57,335 bases of DNA, taken from contig NC_068981.1 in the NCBI RefSeq assembly GCF_001194135.2, positions 25,097,472 through 25,154,806 on the forward strand, read 5' to 3'. The DNA comes from Octopus bimaculoides (taxonomy: Eukaryota). A program made the translations under genes and the position numbers. The notes under the pieces are model-generated. The model was given only the letters and a program-made list of their open reading frames with translations, had not been told where the DNA came from and did no database searches. Of the stretch, positions 10,092 to 21,071 are shown in pieces (within the stretch, counting starts at the first letter, position 1; each line of letters opens with the position of its first letter).

Positions 10092-10470
10092 CCATGGGGA
10101 CAGCCAATGTACAGTTGTGCGTGTGAGAATACTTGCTCTGTTAGATTCAAACCAACTGCTTGCACTGATTGTCCCTCCGCCTTGTTGATTGTCATGGGAA
10201 AGCAGAGTTTGATGGGAAATTGCATCTGTTTAAACTTGTAGGTTGTATCGGAGTGGGTAAGGGACATGGGAGTATGTCTTAGCCAGCGGCGGTTCATTCA
10301 AGATTGCTGCCTACAGAACTCGGGAGCACAATTTTTTGATAATCATCCGCGTACCATTGCACATTATTGGAGCATGTAAATACCTTAGCAGCATGATTGG
10401 CGCGCCAACTTTCAGATGCAGTTCGTGAGCTGGTAGTTCTGCGGGTCCCCACTTTTGTCAGATTTGTCAT
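10092..10470 (-). mobile_element. Helitron PIF1-like helicase C-terminal fragment (pseudogenised)
   Basis: Translates to PAHELHLKVGAPIMLLRYLHAPIMCNGTRMIIKK and QFPIKLCFPMTINKAEGQSVQAVGLNLTEQVFSHAQLY, matching the Helitron/PIF1 motifs LKVGxPIMLLRN, CNGTR, FAMTINKSQGQS and FSHGQLY. Confidence 0.9.
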
Positions 10471-11123
10471 GGACCAGCCGGTCTATCTCAGATACATGGG
10501 AAGCTGGATTAAATTTTTCATCAACACAGGGGAGCCGAAATAAATTATTTCAATGTCCAAGGGAAGCCAAATCACGAAAAATGCTGATCTATAACGATGG
10601 TTATTTAGGCACATCGTAAAAGTGATTATAATGTATTGCTTAATATAAAGAAAAGTATGTTTTTTCAAGCAAATACAGTTCGAAAAAAATATTTACCATT
10701 TCAAGTCATCGCTAAAAACAAAGCTCATCAATTTTTGAATGAAATAATTATTTTAATCTTTTATTCTAAGTTGTAAATTTTGCCCGAGAAATAAAGCAAA
10801 TAATCACCAAATGCATTGTTAAAAATCTGCAACTCGATAGCAAATATCTCCAAATTGATTAGAAATGCATAAATTTAACAATAACAATGTTTTTGAGATT
10901 CCGGTTCGAATGACATGAATGTTTTTGTCTCACTTTTGACACGTAATACTTAAATAGTGGGGGAGATATGATGTTGCTGTGGGCTGGAAGTATGCAAGAA
11001 GTTAAGATTTGTTTTTCACTAAAACCCAACCGGGACACTAAGTAAGGCATGTGTAAAATTTGAATGAAATTGGTTGTGTAGTTCTGGAATTTTAGGGATT
11101 CACACAGACACACAGACACACAT

Positions 11124-11163
<40 letters not shown>

Positions 11164-11368
11164 GTTTGTCTGCGTGTATGTCCCAACCAAGGCTTGAGAA
11201 CAGGTGTTGGTTCATTTACTTTCCCGTAAGCATCAGGCTCATGAAAGTGAAACTTAATGGAGTCGATTCATTCGACTAAAATTCTTGGATGTGATACGCA
11301 AGCATTGTCGCAGTCAAATGACTGAAACAAGTAACAGAATAGAAGAATATAATGTCAAGACTACTTAC

Positions 11369-11383
11369 TTTAGTTATAATCAT
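11369..11383 (-). CDS. IL17: IL-17 first coding micro-exon copy c (MIITK), intact donor; candidate alternative exon 1
   Basis: ATG ATT ATA ACT AAA|GTAAGT (donor 11368-11363); TATAAAAG at 11518-11511; near-identical to module b. Confidence 0.7.
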
Positions 11384-12679
11384 TATACTGATTGTTCAAT
11401 TGGAAATGAAATAATTAACGTAGCGGTAAGAGATTTTGCGGTAGAAACCTGAATTTGATCGTTTCAAAGTGTGATATTTTCAGCGAGTGACACTAATTCT
11501 CTAAGGTTTACTTTTATATAGTTACCACGGATAGGATTACCAGGTTAAATTACTCATAATGTTAAAAAATAATGAGTGAAAATTTGGTAATATAAAAATA
11601 AACAGGAACTGAAACAACGGAAAACTTTTACGTTTACGTATATAAACTAGTAATAATATATCACTCTATCCCTCACTCTCTCCCTCACTCTCTCTCCCTC
11701 ACTCACTCTCTCCCTCACTCTCTCTCCCTCACTCACTCTCTCCTTCACTAACTCACTCGCTCAATTGTTCAATCTCTTTCTTTCCTCGCTTATACGCACG
11801 CACACATACACACACACATTCACACAGAGAGGTTACTTTGACAGATAAAGTCTGTGCTTTATCTATTGTTTTCTATTAAGTGTTGTTTTGTATTTTATGC
11901 AAATCATTTCTAAACTGGCGAAGGCTTTAAGCCCCAACGATAGCTGAGGGGTTAAGATTTGATGGGGAATTCCACATCTTAATTGCTATTAACATATGTT
12001 TATGATTGCCCTTTTTTTCCCAAGTAATGCCTACGCATGATGATTTTCTATAGTGGAGGAAGGATTTGCACAAATCCAATACCATTCACTTAACATGGAC
12101 AACATAAACTCGAAAAGAAGAACTAGTCTGCATCCTTAAATATTGTCAGGTTTTCTCTCAGAATTTCTCTTTGCTAAAGAGATGTTGTGACAACAAAGAA
12201 GGGGCTTCTTGCTGTCAGTTGGCCAACCTCGCGCCTGGGCACTAACCCAACATTTTTCCATGTCCCCGCGCACACATATGTGCATATATATACATGTACA
12301 CATATTGTTGAATGGCTTTTGACAGGTCATGAGCTCTTCTACCCTTTGACATGTCTTATTTTTCGTCCTGCAAGTGTGTCCAACAATCTCAGTGTGTCCA
12401 ACAATCACAACCAATCAAATTTCTTGTGGTAAAAGGATGCCACAGAATGTACATCACATAGTGATTCGATTACTTTTGAGCAACAATGCTTATCCCATAC
12501 ATTTTAAAGTTTATTATGACATTCTGTAACACTTTTGAGCCAGCGCATTTTTCAATTCTAGTTGCATACTTTTTAAGACAACGCTTGTAGCATTTTATAT
12601 ATGTACCGTATTTCTCCTAATGGAGTGGCAGCCTCTAATAAACTGACACCCAAACGCCAACTCATTGAAATAGTGTGAC

Positions 12680-12766
12680 TATTGAAGAAAAAACAATACT
12701 TTTCTCAACGATGCTATAGTTTAAACTATAGCATTGTTGAGATAAGTATTGCTTTTATCTTCAATA
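12680..12766. repeat. Loop-less palindrome of about 87 bp
   Basis: tattgaaga...caatacttttctcaacgatgctatagttt|aaactatagcattgttgagataagtattg...tcttcaata; centre at 12722/12723. Confidence 0.85.
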
Positions 12767-13500
12767 ATATTGTTAAATGATTTTCTATCATTGATTGGGA
12801 AAATATGTACTTTTATATTAATTCAATTGATATTTAATGTTAGCCGATACCTTATTTAACACTAAGTTAATAGTATAAAGTTTATCATTTTAGTTTAAAC
12901 CAAAACTTCGATTAGATTAGTGTTGCATTTATTTCCAATAATATTGTTTAATATTTCTTTGTGATTTATGAGATAAATAAGTAGTTTTTTATATAATTTC
13001 TTTGATTATTAGTTAATATTCTAATTAAGGTTAAGTTAATAGAACAACATTTAAAATTTTATTTAAACTAAAGATTCGATTAGAGAAATTAAATTTCAAT
13101 AATTTTGTTAAATGTTTTTTTCTTTTATTTAATGGCGATATAATTATTTTTATATAAATTAATTTATATAAATGAATTTTTTGTTAGTTTATATTAAAAT
13201 TAAAGTTATTGCGTTTATAATTTTAGTTTAACCTAAAACTTCGTTTAAATTGTATTTTAAACGAAAGATTCGTTAAGATAAGATTTGCATTTAATATTTA
13301 TGTTAGCTCAAATTCTAATAAACGTAAAGTTAATAATGTCACGTTTATAATTTTTGATAAGATTAGTATTAAATTTCTTTTTAATAATATTGTTTAACAT
13401 TTTTCTATCTTAATATAATAAGTATTTTTATATACATTCATTTGTTATTTATTGTTGGTTGATATATACATTTCTTTTATTATTATTATTGTTGTATTTA

Positions 13501-13599
13501 GACCTGAAGATTAGCTATAATTTTGAATAGAATTGATTTAATCGATTTTAATATATTTTATTTTCTATTTGAAAACTGGGTTATGAAACACGTGTAGTC
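13501..13599 (+). ncRNA. Hammerhead-like motif with long AT-rich stem II (degenerate)
   Basis: gac-CTGAAGA-ttagct...ctgggttat-GAAA-CACGTG-TA-gtc; stem I gac/gtc; palindromic stem III ACACGTGT. Confidence 0.45.
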
Positions 13600-13838
13600 G
13601 TTTTATTATTATTATTTTATGGTTTTTACTTTTTATTTTATTATACTTATTTATCGTGTATTCATTTATTAATTTTTTCTATATGTGACTGTGGATTTTC
13701 ATGGATGAGTTCATGAACTTTGGTTGTTTCCTCTAAATTATATATTTATATATTTTATACTGTGTCAGATTTGTCATCTTAATTTTTGATAAATTGAATT
13801 TAATTGAGTTTTTACCTGTAAATTTAGATTTTAATCCC

Positions 13839-13915
<77 letters not shown>

Positions 13916-13916
<1 letters not shown>

Positions 13917-14175
13917 GTCAAAATTAAAAGAAGAGTGCCATTTGTTATCTAGTGAACGATAGTTTGACATCTCGTGTGTCTTCAACTGGTTCAAAAAATA
14001 AATTTGTCAATCTACTTCATTTTGGTTAATATAGAAAGGATTGAGGTAACTCCTTTCTATACTAACCAAAATGAAGTAGATTGACAAACTTATTTTTTGA
14101 ACCAGTTGAAGACACACGTGATGCTGAAATATCGTTTACTAGATAACGAATGGCACTCTTCTTTTAATTTTGACT
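13916..14175. repeat. 260-bp near-perfect foldback flanked by (TAT)n arrays
   Basis: 13916-14040 is the reverse complement of 14051-14175 with loop ttgaggtaac. An extra inverted copy of the apex lies at about 14189-14220. Confidence 0.9.
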
Positions 14176-14226
14176 CTATATTTTCAGGAGGAGTTACCTC
14201 AATCCTTTCTATATTAACCCCCAAAA

Positions 14227-14292
<66 letters not shown>

Positions 14293-14644
14293 NNNNNNNN
14301 NNNNNNNNNNNNNNNNNNNNNNNNNNNNNNNNNNNNNNNNNNNNNNNNNNNNNNNNNNNNNNNNNNNNNNNNNNNNNNNNNNNNNNNNNNNNNNNNNNNN
14401 NNNNNNNNNNNNNNNNNNNNNNNNNNNNNNNNNNNNNNNNNNNNNNNNNNNNNNNNNNNNNNNNNNNNNNNNNNNNNNNNNNNNNNNNNNNNNNNNNNNN
14501 NNNNNNNNNNNNNNNNNNNNNNNNNNNNNNNNNNNNNNNNNNNNNNNNNNNNNNNNNNNNNNNNNNNNNNNNNNNNNNNNNNNNNNNNNNNNNNNNNNNN
14601 NNNNNNNNNNNNNNNNNNNNNNNNNNNNNNNNNNNNNNNNNNNN

Positions 14645-15953
14645 NTATATCCTTTCTTTCCACGTGACCGGTGTTCGGCCAAGCATGATCTTTCTTTCTT
14701 GAATCGACTGCCAGACACAAAACATCACTTATTTCCCTCTCCTGACTTTCATTTCTTATGTTCATCTATGCTCCTGCCTCAAGACTTTCACTCCACACAA
14801 GCCAGCTCAATTAGATTCGTCTCTATTAGTCAAAAGACACCTGTTGTTATTTTTCTTGTTTGTATTTGTAATTGAATAACATTTTCTCCGTCTTTTTATT
14901 TGGTATTTTTTGGCTTTGTTGTCGTTTACAGCCACTTGCTTTCTCCCAAAATTTTTCCCAAAATTTCTCCCAGATTTTTTGGGCCAGTCAGATTTGAACA
15001 GTCTCAAGCGTAACCAGCCGAAAATGTAAGGACAATGTAGAAACTTGACTGAGGGAAGAAGGCCACAAACGGTTCGTCCTTGTTTAGTCTCTTTGTTTTG
15101 TATCGTCTTTGTGTCTGTATATTTTGTTGCCGTCTGTTGCGTACTTGTTCCATTTTTTCTATTTATATATACATATAGCGGTGTGCGTTCACTTTTGCTT
15201 ACCTTGTAAGTACGTTTCTAAATTCTGTGCGACATTTTCACTCCTTCTTTTAGTCCGCATCATACTTTCTTCTTTCTTTCCTCCTTTCTTTTTCTCACTC
15301 CCACTCTTTTACATTTCTTGGCCTTCTCTTTCTTTAATCTACCTATTTTTCATCGTTCATCTCCCTTGGACCTTCTCTATGTCCCTTTAGTGTTTTTCTC
15401 TTTCTCCTTCTCCCCCTAGTTCTTCATTCCCTCTCCTTCCTACCTATCTTATTTCCTTCCACGTGACCGGTGTTCGGCCAAGCATGATCGTTCTTTCTTG
15501 GCTCGACTGCCAGACACGAAGAATCTCTTCTTCCTGTTTCCTGACTTTTATCTCTTATGTTCATCTATGTTCCTGTCTCAAAGCTTTTACTTCACACACA
15601 CTTCAGCTCAACTTGATTCGTCTCTATTAGTAGAAACATACCTGTTGTTATTTTCTTGTTTGTATTTGTAAATGAGTAAAATTTCCTCGCCTTTCCGGTT
15701 CTTTTTTGTTGCCTTTGTTCTTGCTTTCTTCCAAAACATTTTAAGCTCTATGCTTAAACTGTTGAGGCTAGCCAGATTTGAACACTCTCATGTGTAACTG
15801 GCCGTAACTGTAAGGATAATCTGACAAGTTGGTTGAGGAGAGAAGGCCACGCATGGCCCATCCTTGTTTTGCCCTGTCCATCTTCGTATCGCTTCTCTAT
15901 CTGCAGGTTTTATTGCTGTCTGCTGGGCACTTGTTCCGCTTTTTGATTTATAC

Positions 15954-16049
<96 letters not shown>

Positions 16050-16170
16050 CAAAAAGATGTGTTATAATACTATTCTACAGCCATACCAACAATCCAACAT
16101 ACCTCCAGCATCAGCTGCCCTACGGATATCAGTATGGTTTCGACAACTTGACAGTACCATTCAATCCGGT
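14645..16170. repeat. Tandem duplication of about 800 bp of the block-A repeat
   Basis: ttccacgtgaccggtgttcggccaagcatgatc occurs at about 14658 and about 15457, with colinear continuation through the block-A core. Confidence 0.8.
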
Positions 16171-16526
16171 GGTGTCAACAGCACTAAAATACAAACAAAC
16201 CAAAGAAACCACAACTTTCAAACACATTTACCTTATGTACAACCGTATCGACAAATAAATTCAATAATTACAACCACTCCGAAATACGTAACTAAGCAGC
16301 GACAACTCGATTAAGTCATACAAAAATTATAATCCCTACTCTCTTCCGTAATATAATATACAAGCAAAAGCTTAATAAACACATTATTAAAATATATATA
16401 TAAGCAGGATTAAGCACTAACTCTAATAAAACTACACTAAAGACACATATAAACCAATGTACATTATAACGGTATCAATAATAAATTGGAATAAGTAAAT
16501 TATATGCTAAATTACGATCAAACTTT

Positions 16527-16643
<117 letters not shown>

Positions 16644-16928
16644 AAACTGCAGTTTGCAATGTTTCACCAAAAAGGAGAATTACAAATGTCACTAAAGTTG
16701 ACTAGGGTATTAGGAAACACCTACATTGCTTGAAATAAGAGCTATACCGTTGTAACGCTGTAGTTAACGCATATGGATGAAAATATATACGTTGATATGG
16801 ACCATATATATGTGTGTGAGTATATATATATAGGGGAGAATGTACGAAAAAAACAACAACAACAGACGAGGACAGGTGGTGTGAACAACAAAAGGATGTA
16901 TTAGTTTGACGCTCGGGAATACAGAAAG

Positions 16929-16965
16929 TCTTTAACGTTTCGAGTTACGCTCTTCAACAGAAAGA
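16929..16965 (-). ncRNA. Minimal hammerhead-like motif with non-canonical core CUGUUGA
   Basis: tcttt-CTGTTGA-A-GAG-cgtaa-CTC-GAAA-CG-TT-aaaga; perfect 5-bp stem I; palindromic ACGU stem III. Confidence 0.55.
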
Positions 16966-17068
16966 ATACGGAGAAAACAAGGAGAAAAACACGGAGAAAA
17001 CAAGGAGAAAAACATGGAGAAAAAAAATTGAATAGTCCTTGGTCAACGATCTATATATATATATATAT

Positions 17069-17409
17069 CTTTTACTCTCTTACTTGTTTCAGTCATTTGA
17101 CTGCGGCCATGCTGGAGCACCGCCTTTAGTCGAGAAAATCGACCCCAGGACTTATTCTTTGGAAGCCTAGTACTATTCTATCGGTTTTTTTTGCCGAACC
17201 GCTAAGTTACGGGGACGTAAACACACCAGCATCGGTTGTCAAGCGATGTTGGGGGGACAAACACAGACACATACACACACATACATATATACATATATAC
17301 GACGGACTTCTTTCAGTTTCCGTCTACCAAATCCACTCACAAGGCTTTGGTCGGCCCGAGGCTATAGTAGAAGACACTTGCCCAAGGTGCCACGCAGTGG
17401 GACTGAACC

Positions 17410-17411
<2 letters not shown>
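17069..17411 (-). mobile_element. tRNA/CORE-type SINE (near full length, with internal AC/AT microsatellite)
   Basis: Reverse complement of the family seen at 56231-56557; B-box-like GGGTTCAGTCCC and CORE-like cttgggcaagtgtcttc. Confidence 0.85.
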
Positions 17412-17443
<32 letters not shown>

Positions 17444-18793
17444 GTATATAGATACTCTCACACACACACACACACACTCATTCACATAAACCCTCCTTAT
17501 TGAGTATGTAGATAAAAATACGTCTACTCTCAGTAAATCACTGAGATTACATGCTTTTCTTATCTACTTACACATAAGTTTAACAGAGTTACAGAAATTA
17601 TGATATTTGTTTTTAGATGTGCCACCAGTCTATGATATATTTTCAATGTATTTCTATTTCTTATACATATTATGGTTGCTGAGAGATGGAATGTAAGTTG
17701 AAGCCACTTATTCAAGTGGAAAAAAAACATCGAGAAAAATCCCGCTTCAACTCAATGACTAATTTCGATAGTTACAATAAAAGTACACATTACACAATGC
17801 TTGCCACAGTAACAATTATTTTTTTTCTGATTTAAATACAAACAGTAATTTTGAGGGAACTGGGTTAGTTGATGTTGTTGACATTCAGTACTAACTTATT
17901 TTATCGAAACCGAAACGAAGTATAGAAGGGAAAATTTCTTTTGCAGTGTTTGAAATCAGAACATATGCTCTGCCATTTTACCGGCATTTGAGTCAAGATT
18001 CAACCTAGTCATAAAGACGTACAATAATGTATATGAGAAAGTGTGAAATACTAACATTACATAAAAAAGAAAGAAAAAAGAAATCAAAAGATAACAAACA
18101 GAAAAAACTTTACTGAAATCGATTTCTCAGCGGAATTAAACACTTGTAAAAGAACGTTATACACAGTTACAATATACTTAATGTAGTCATCATTAAAATA
18201 TATAAAAGAAATAATATACACAACATTAATGCAGGGATAAGAGACAACATAATATTTAATTGTAAGAATCTATCCCAAATTTCCAATCCTTTACAGAACA
18301 TAATTCATTACTGTCTTGTATCTTTGTGATGTTTCAGTTATTTGAGTGTGGCCATTCTGCGGGCTGCCTTGAAGAGTTTGGAGTAGAATTGGCTAAGAAG
18401 CTTCCTTCCCAACGACATGGTTCTGGGTTTAGCCGCACTACATGGTACCTTGGGCGAGTGTCCTCTACTAGAGTCTTTAGCCGAGCACAGCTTTGTGAGT
18501 GGATTTGGTAGGCTGAAACTGAAAGGAGCTCGTCGTATATATGTATATACTGAGAGAGAATTAAGTCCGGAATCAGCCGAATCAAGAGGGGAGAAAGGGA
18601 GGTATAAGAATAAGAGAAAACGAAAGAGTAAAATGATAGAATAGTGGGAGAAGATGAGGTGAAAGAATAAGAGAAAGGAACAGAGAAAAAAACGAAAGTG
18701 TAATAGGAAGAATAGAGAGTCGCATTTATTAAGATAAAACTTGGAAAAGAATGCGTGTGGTGCAATCATAGTAATATAAATAATAATAATAGT

Positions 18794-18881
<88 letters not shown>

Positions 18882-19544
18882 NNNNNNNNNNNNNNNNNNN
18901 NNNNNNNNNNNNNNNNNNNNNNNNNNNNNNNNNNNNNNNNNNNNNNNNNNNNNNNNNNNNNNNNNNNNNNNNNNNNNNNNNNNNNNNNNNNNNNNNNNNN
19001 NNNNNNNNNNNNNNNNNNNNNNNNNNNNNNNNNNNNNNNNNNNNNNNNNNNNNNNNNNNNNNNNNNNNNNNNNNNNNNNNNNNNNNNNNNNNNNNNNNNN
19101 NNNNNNNNNNNNNNNNNNNNNNNNNNNNNNNNNNNNNNNNNNNNNNNNNNNNNNNNNNNNNNNNNNNNNNNNNNNNNNNNNNNNNNNNNNNNNNNNNNNN
19201 NNNNNNNNNNNNNNNNNNNNNNNNNNNNNNNNNNNNNNNNNNNNNNNNNNNNNNNNNNNNNNNNNNNNNNNNNNNNNNNNNNNNNNNNNNNNNNNNNNNN
19301 NNNNNNNNNNNNNNNNNNNNNNNNNNNNNNNNNNNNNNNNNNNNNNNNNNNNNNNNNNNNNNNNNNNNNNNNNNNNNNNNNNNNNNNNNNNNNNNNNNNN
19401 NNNNNNNNNNNNNNNNNNNNNNNNNNNNNNNNNNNNNNNNNNNNNNNNNNNNNNNNNNNNNNNNNNNNNNNNNNNNNNNNNNNNNNNNNNNNNNNNNNNN
19501 NNNNNNNNNNNNNNNNNNNNNNNNNNNNTATATATATATATATA

Positions 19545-20660
19545 TATTAATTTACGAAGCTATCATTAATTCTATTATTATCCAATGTAACTATTTTAAG
19601 AATGATAATAAAAGAATCAATGATACAGCTGACAGCAGACCAAAAAGTACCATTAAATAGCCGAGTGATTAAAATTAATCAAAGGACATACTAAGTATGT
19701 CAACCTGCTTGAAATAACAGTCAAAACTCGTTATTAAATCGCCAAAAATAAACTAGGGATAACTACAGAAATGAAACGAAGGCAAATTCGGTTAAGACAA
19801 TTTACTTACATACATTTAAGTATCTTGATTCACGTGAACTAGTTTCTGCATTGACAAAATAAGCCTTAGCTTCTTCAGCACGCATTACCAAGACAAGAGA
19901 TTCCCAACCTATCCTTCTGAAGTCTGTGCCGTTACTGGTTCATTTTGCGCCGAACTCACAGCAGCTTACCAGTGTAAAATAATATCGATATAGATTTACG
20001 AGAAAAATAATTTATTAAAATTAATTTACGAAGTTATCATTAAGTCTATTATTATCCAATGTAACTATTTTAAGAATGATAATAACAGCATCAATGATAC
20101 AGGCGACAGCAGGCCAAAACCTAGCATTAAATAGCAGAGGGATAAAAATAAATCAAAGGACATAATAAGTATGTCTACCTGCTTGAAATAACAGTCAAAA
20201 CTCGTTATTAAATCGCCCAAAATACACTGATAATAACTACAGAACTCAAACGAATAGGATAGGCTGGGAATATCTTATCTTGGTAATGCGTGCTGAAGAA
20301 GCTAAGGCTTATTTTGCCAATGCAGAAACTAGTCCACGTGAATCCAAATATTTAAATGTATGTAAGTAGATTGTCTTAACCGAATTTTCCTTCGTTTGAT
20401 TTCTGTACTTACCACCAGTGTATTTTTGGCGATTTAATAACGCGTTTTGACTGTTATTTCAAGCAGGTAGACCTATTTAGTATGTCCTTTGATTAATTTT
20501 TGTCGAATTTTTCCTGTCTTGGTTTACGTTTGCCACCTTGGAATCCTCTGTTTAGTGGGTTGATCCACTACTCAGGAAGAGACTATTCTAGAGTACGTTC
20601 TGCCTTATCTTCGAAACGTCTAGTTAGAATAGAGACAGCTGATGAATAATCCCAAGTGGC
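19545..20660. repeat. Direct + inverted repeat complex (Penelope pseudo-LTR-like)
   Basis: 19545-19780 is directly repeated at 20020-20250; 19670-19895 is inverted at 20278-20500. A degenerate hammerhead-like motif lies at 20567-20624. Confidence 0.75.
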
Positions 20661-21056
20661 TTTCTGTTTTCCTATCTGTTCGTTCCGTTGTCTGTAGTTC
20701 ATTGTTCTAACAACGTCCTGTACCCTGATATGCATCTATATACACATGTAGATGTAAGTATATACATATATGTGTGTATACATGCATATATATTCTTTGT
20801 ATTATATATATATGTATGTATGTATATATCTATATGCGTGTGTGTGTTCATGTGTCTGCGTGTATGTCCTTACCACTACTTGAGAACCGGTGTTGTGAGT
20901 TTACTTTCTGGTAAATTGGGGCGGGGCAGGGTTTCAAAACCCGATAGAAGAAGTATCAAGGAAGGGAAACGTAATTGACTAAAATTCTTGGAGGTGATGC
21001 ATAAGCATTGTCGCAATCAAATGTCTGAAACAAGTAAAAGAATGGAAGAATATTAC

Positions 21057-21071
21057 TTTAGTTATAATCAT
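21057..21071 (-). pseudogene. IL-17 first micro-exon copy d (MIITK) with weakened donor and altered TATA; function uncertain
   Basis: ATG ATT ATA ACT AAA|GTAATA after a short intronic deletion relative to b and c. The TATA position reads TATATGAAAG. Confidence 0.65.
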
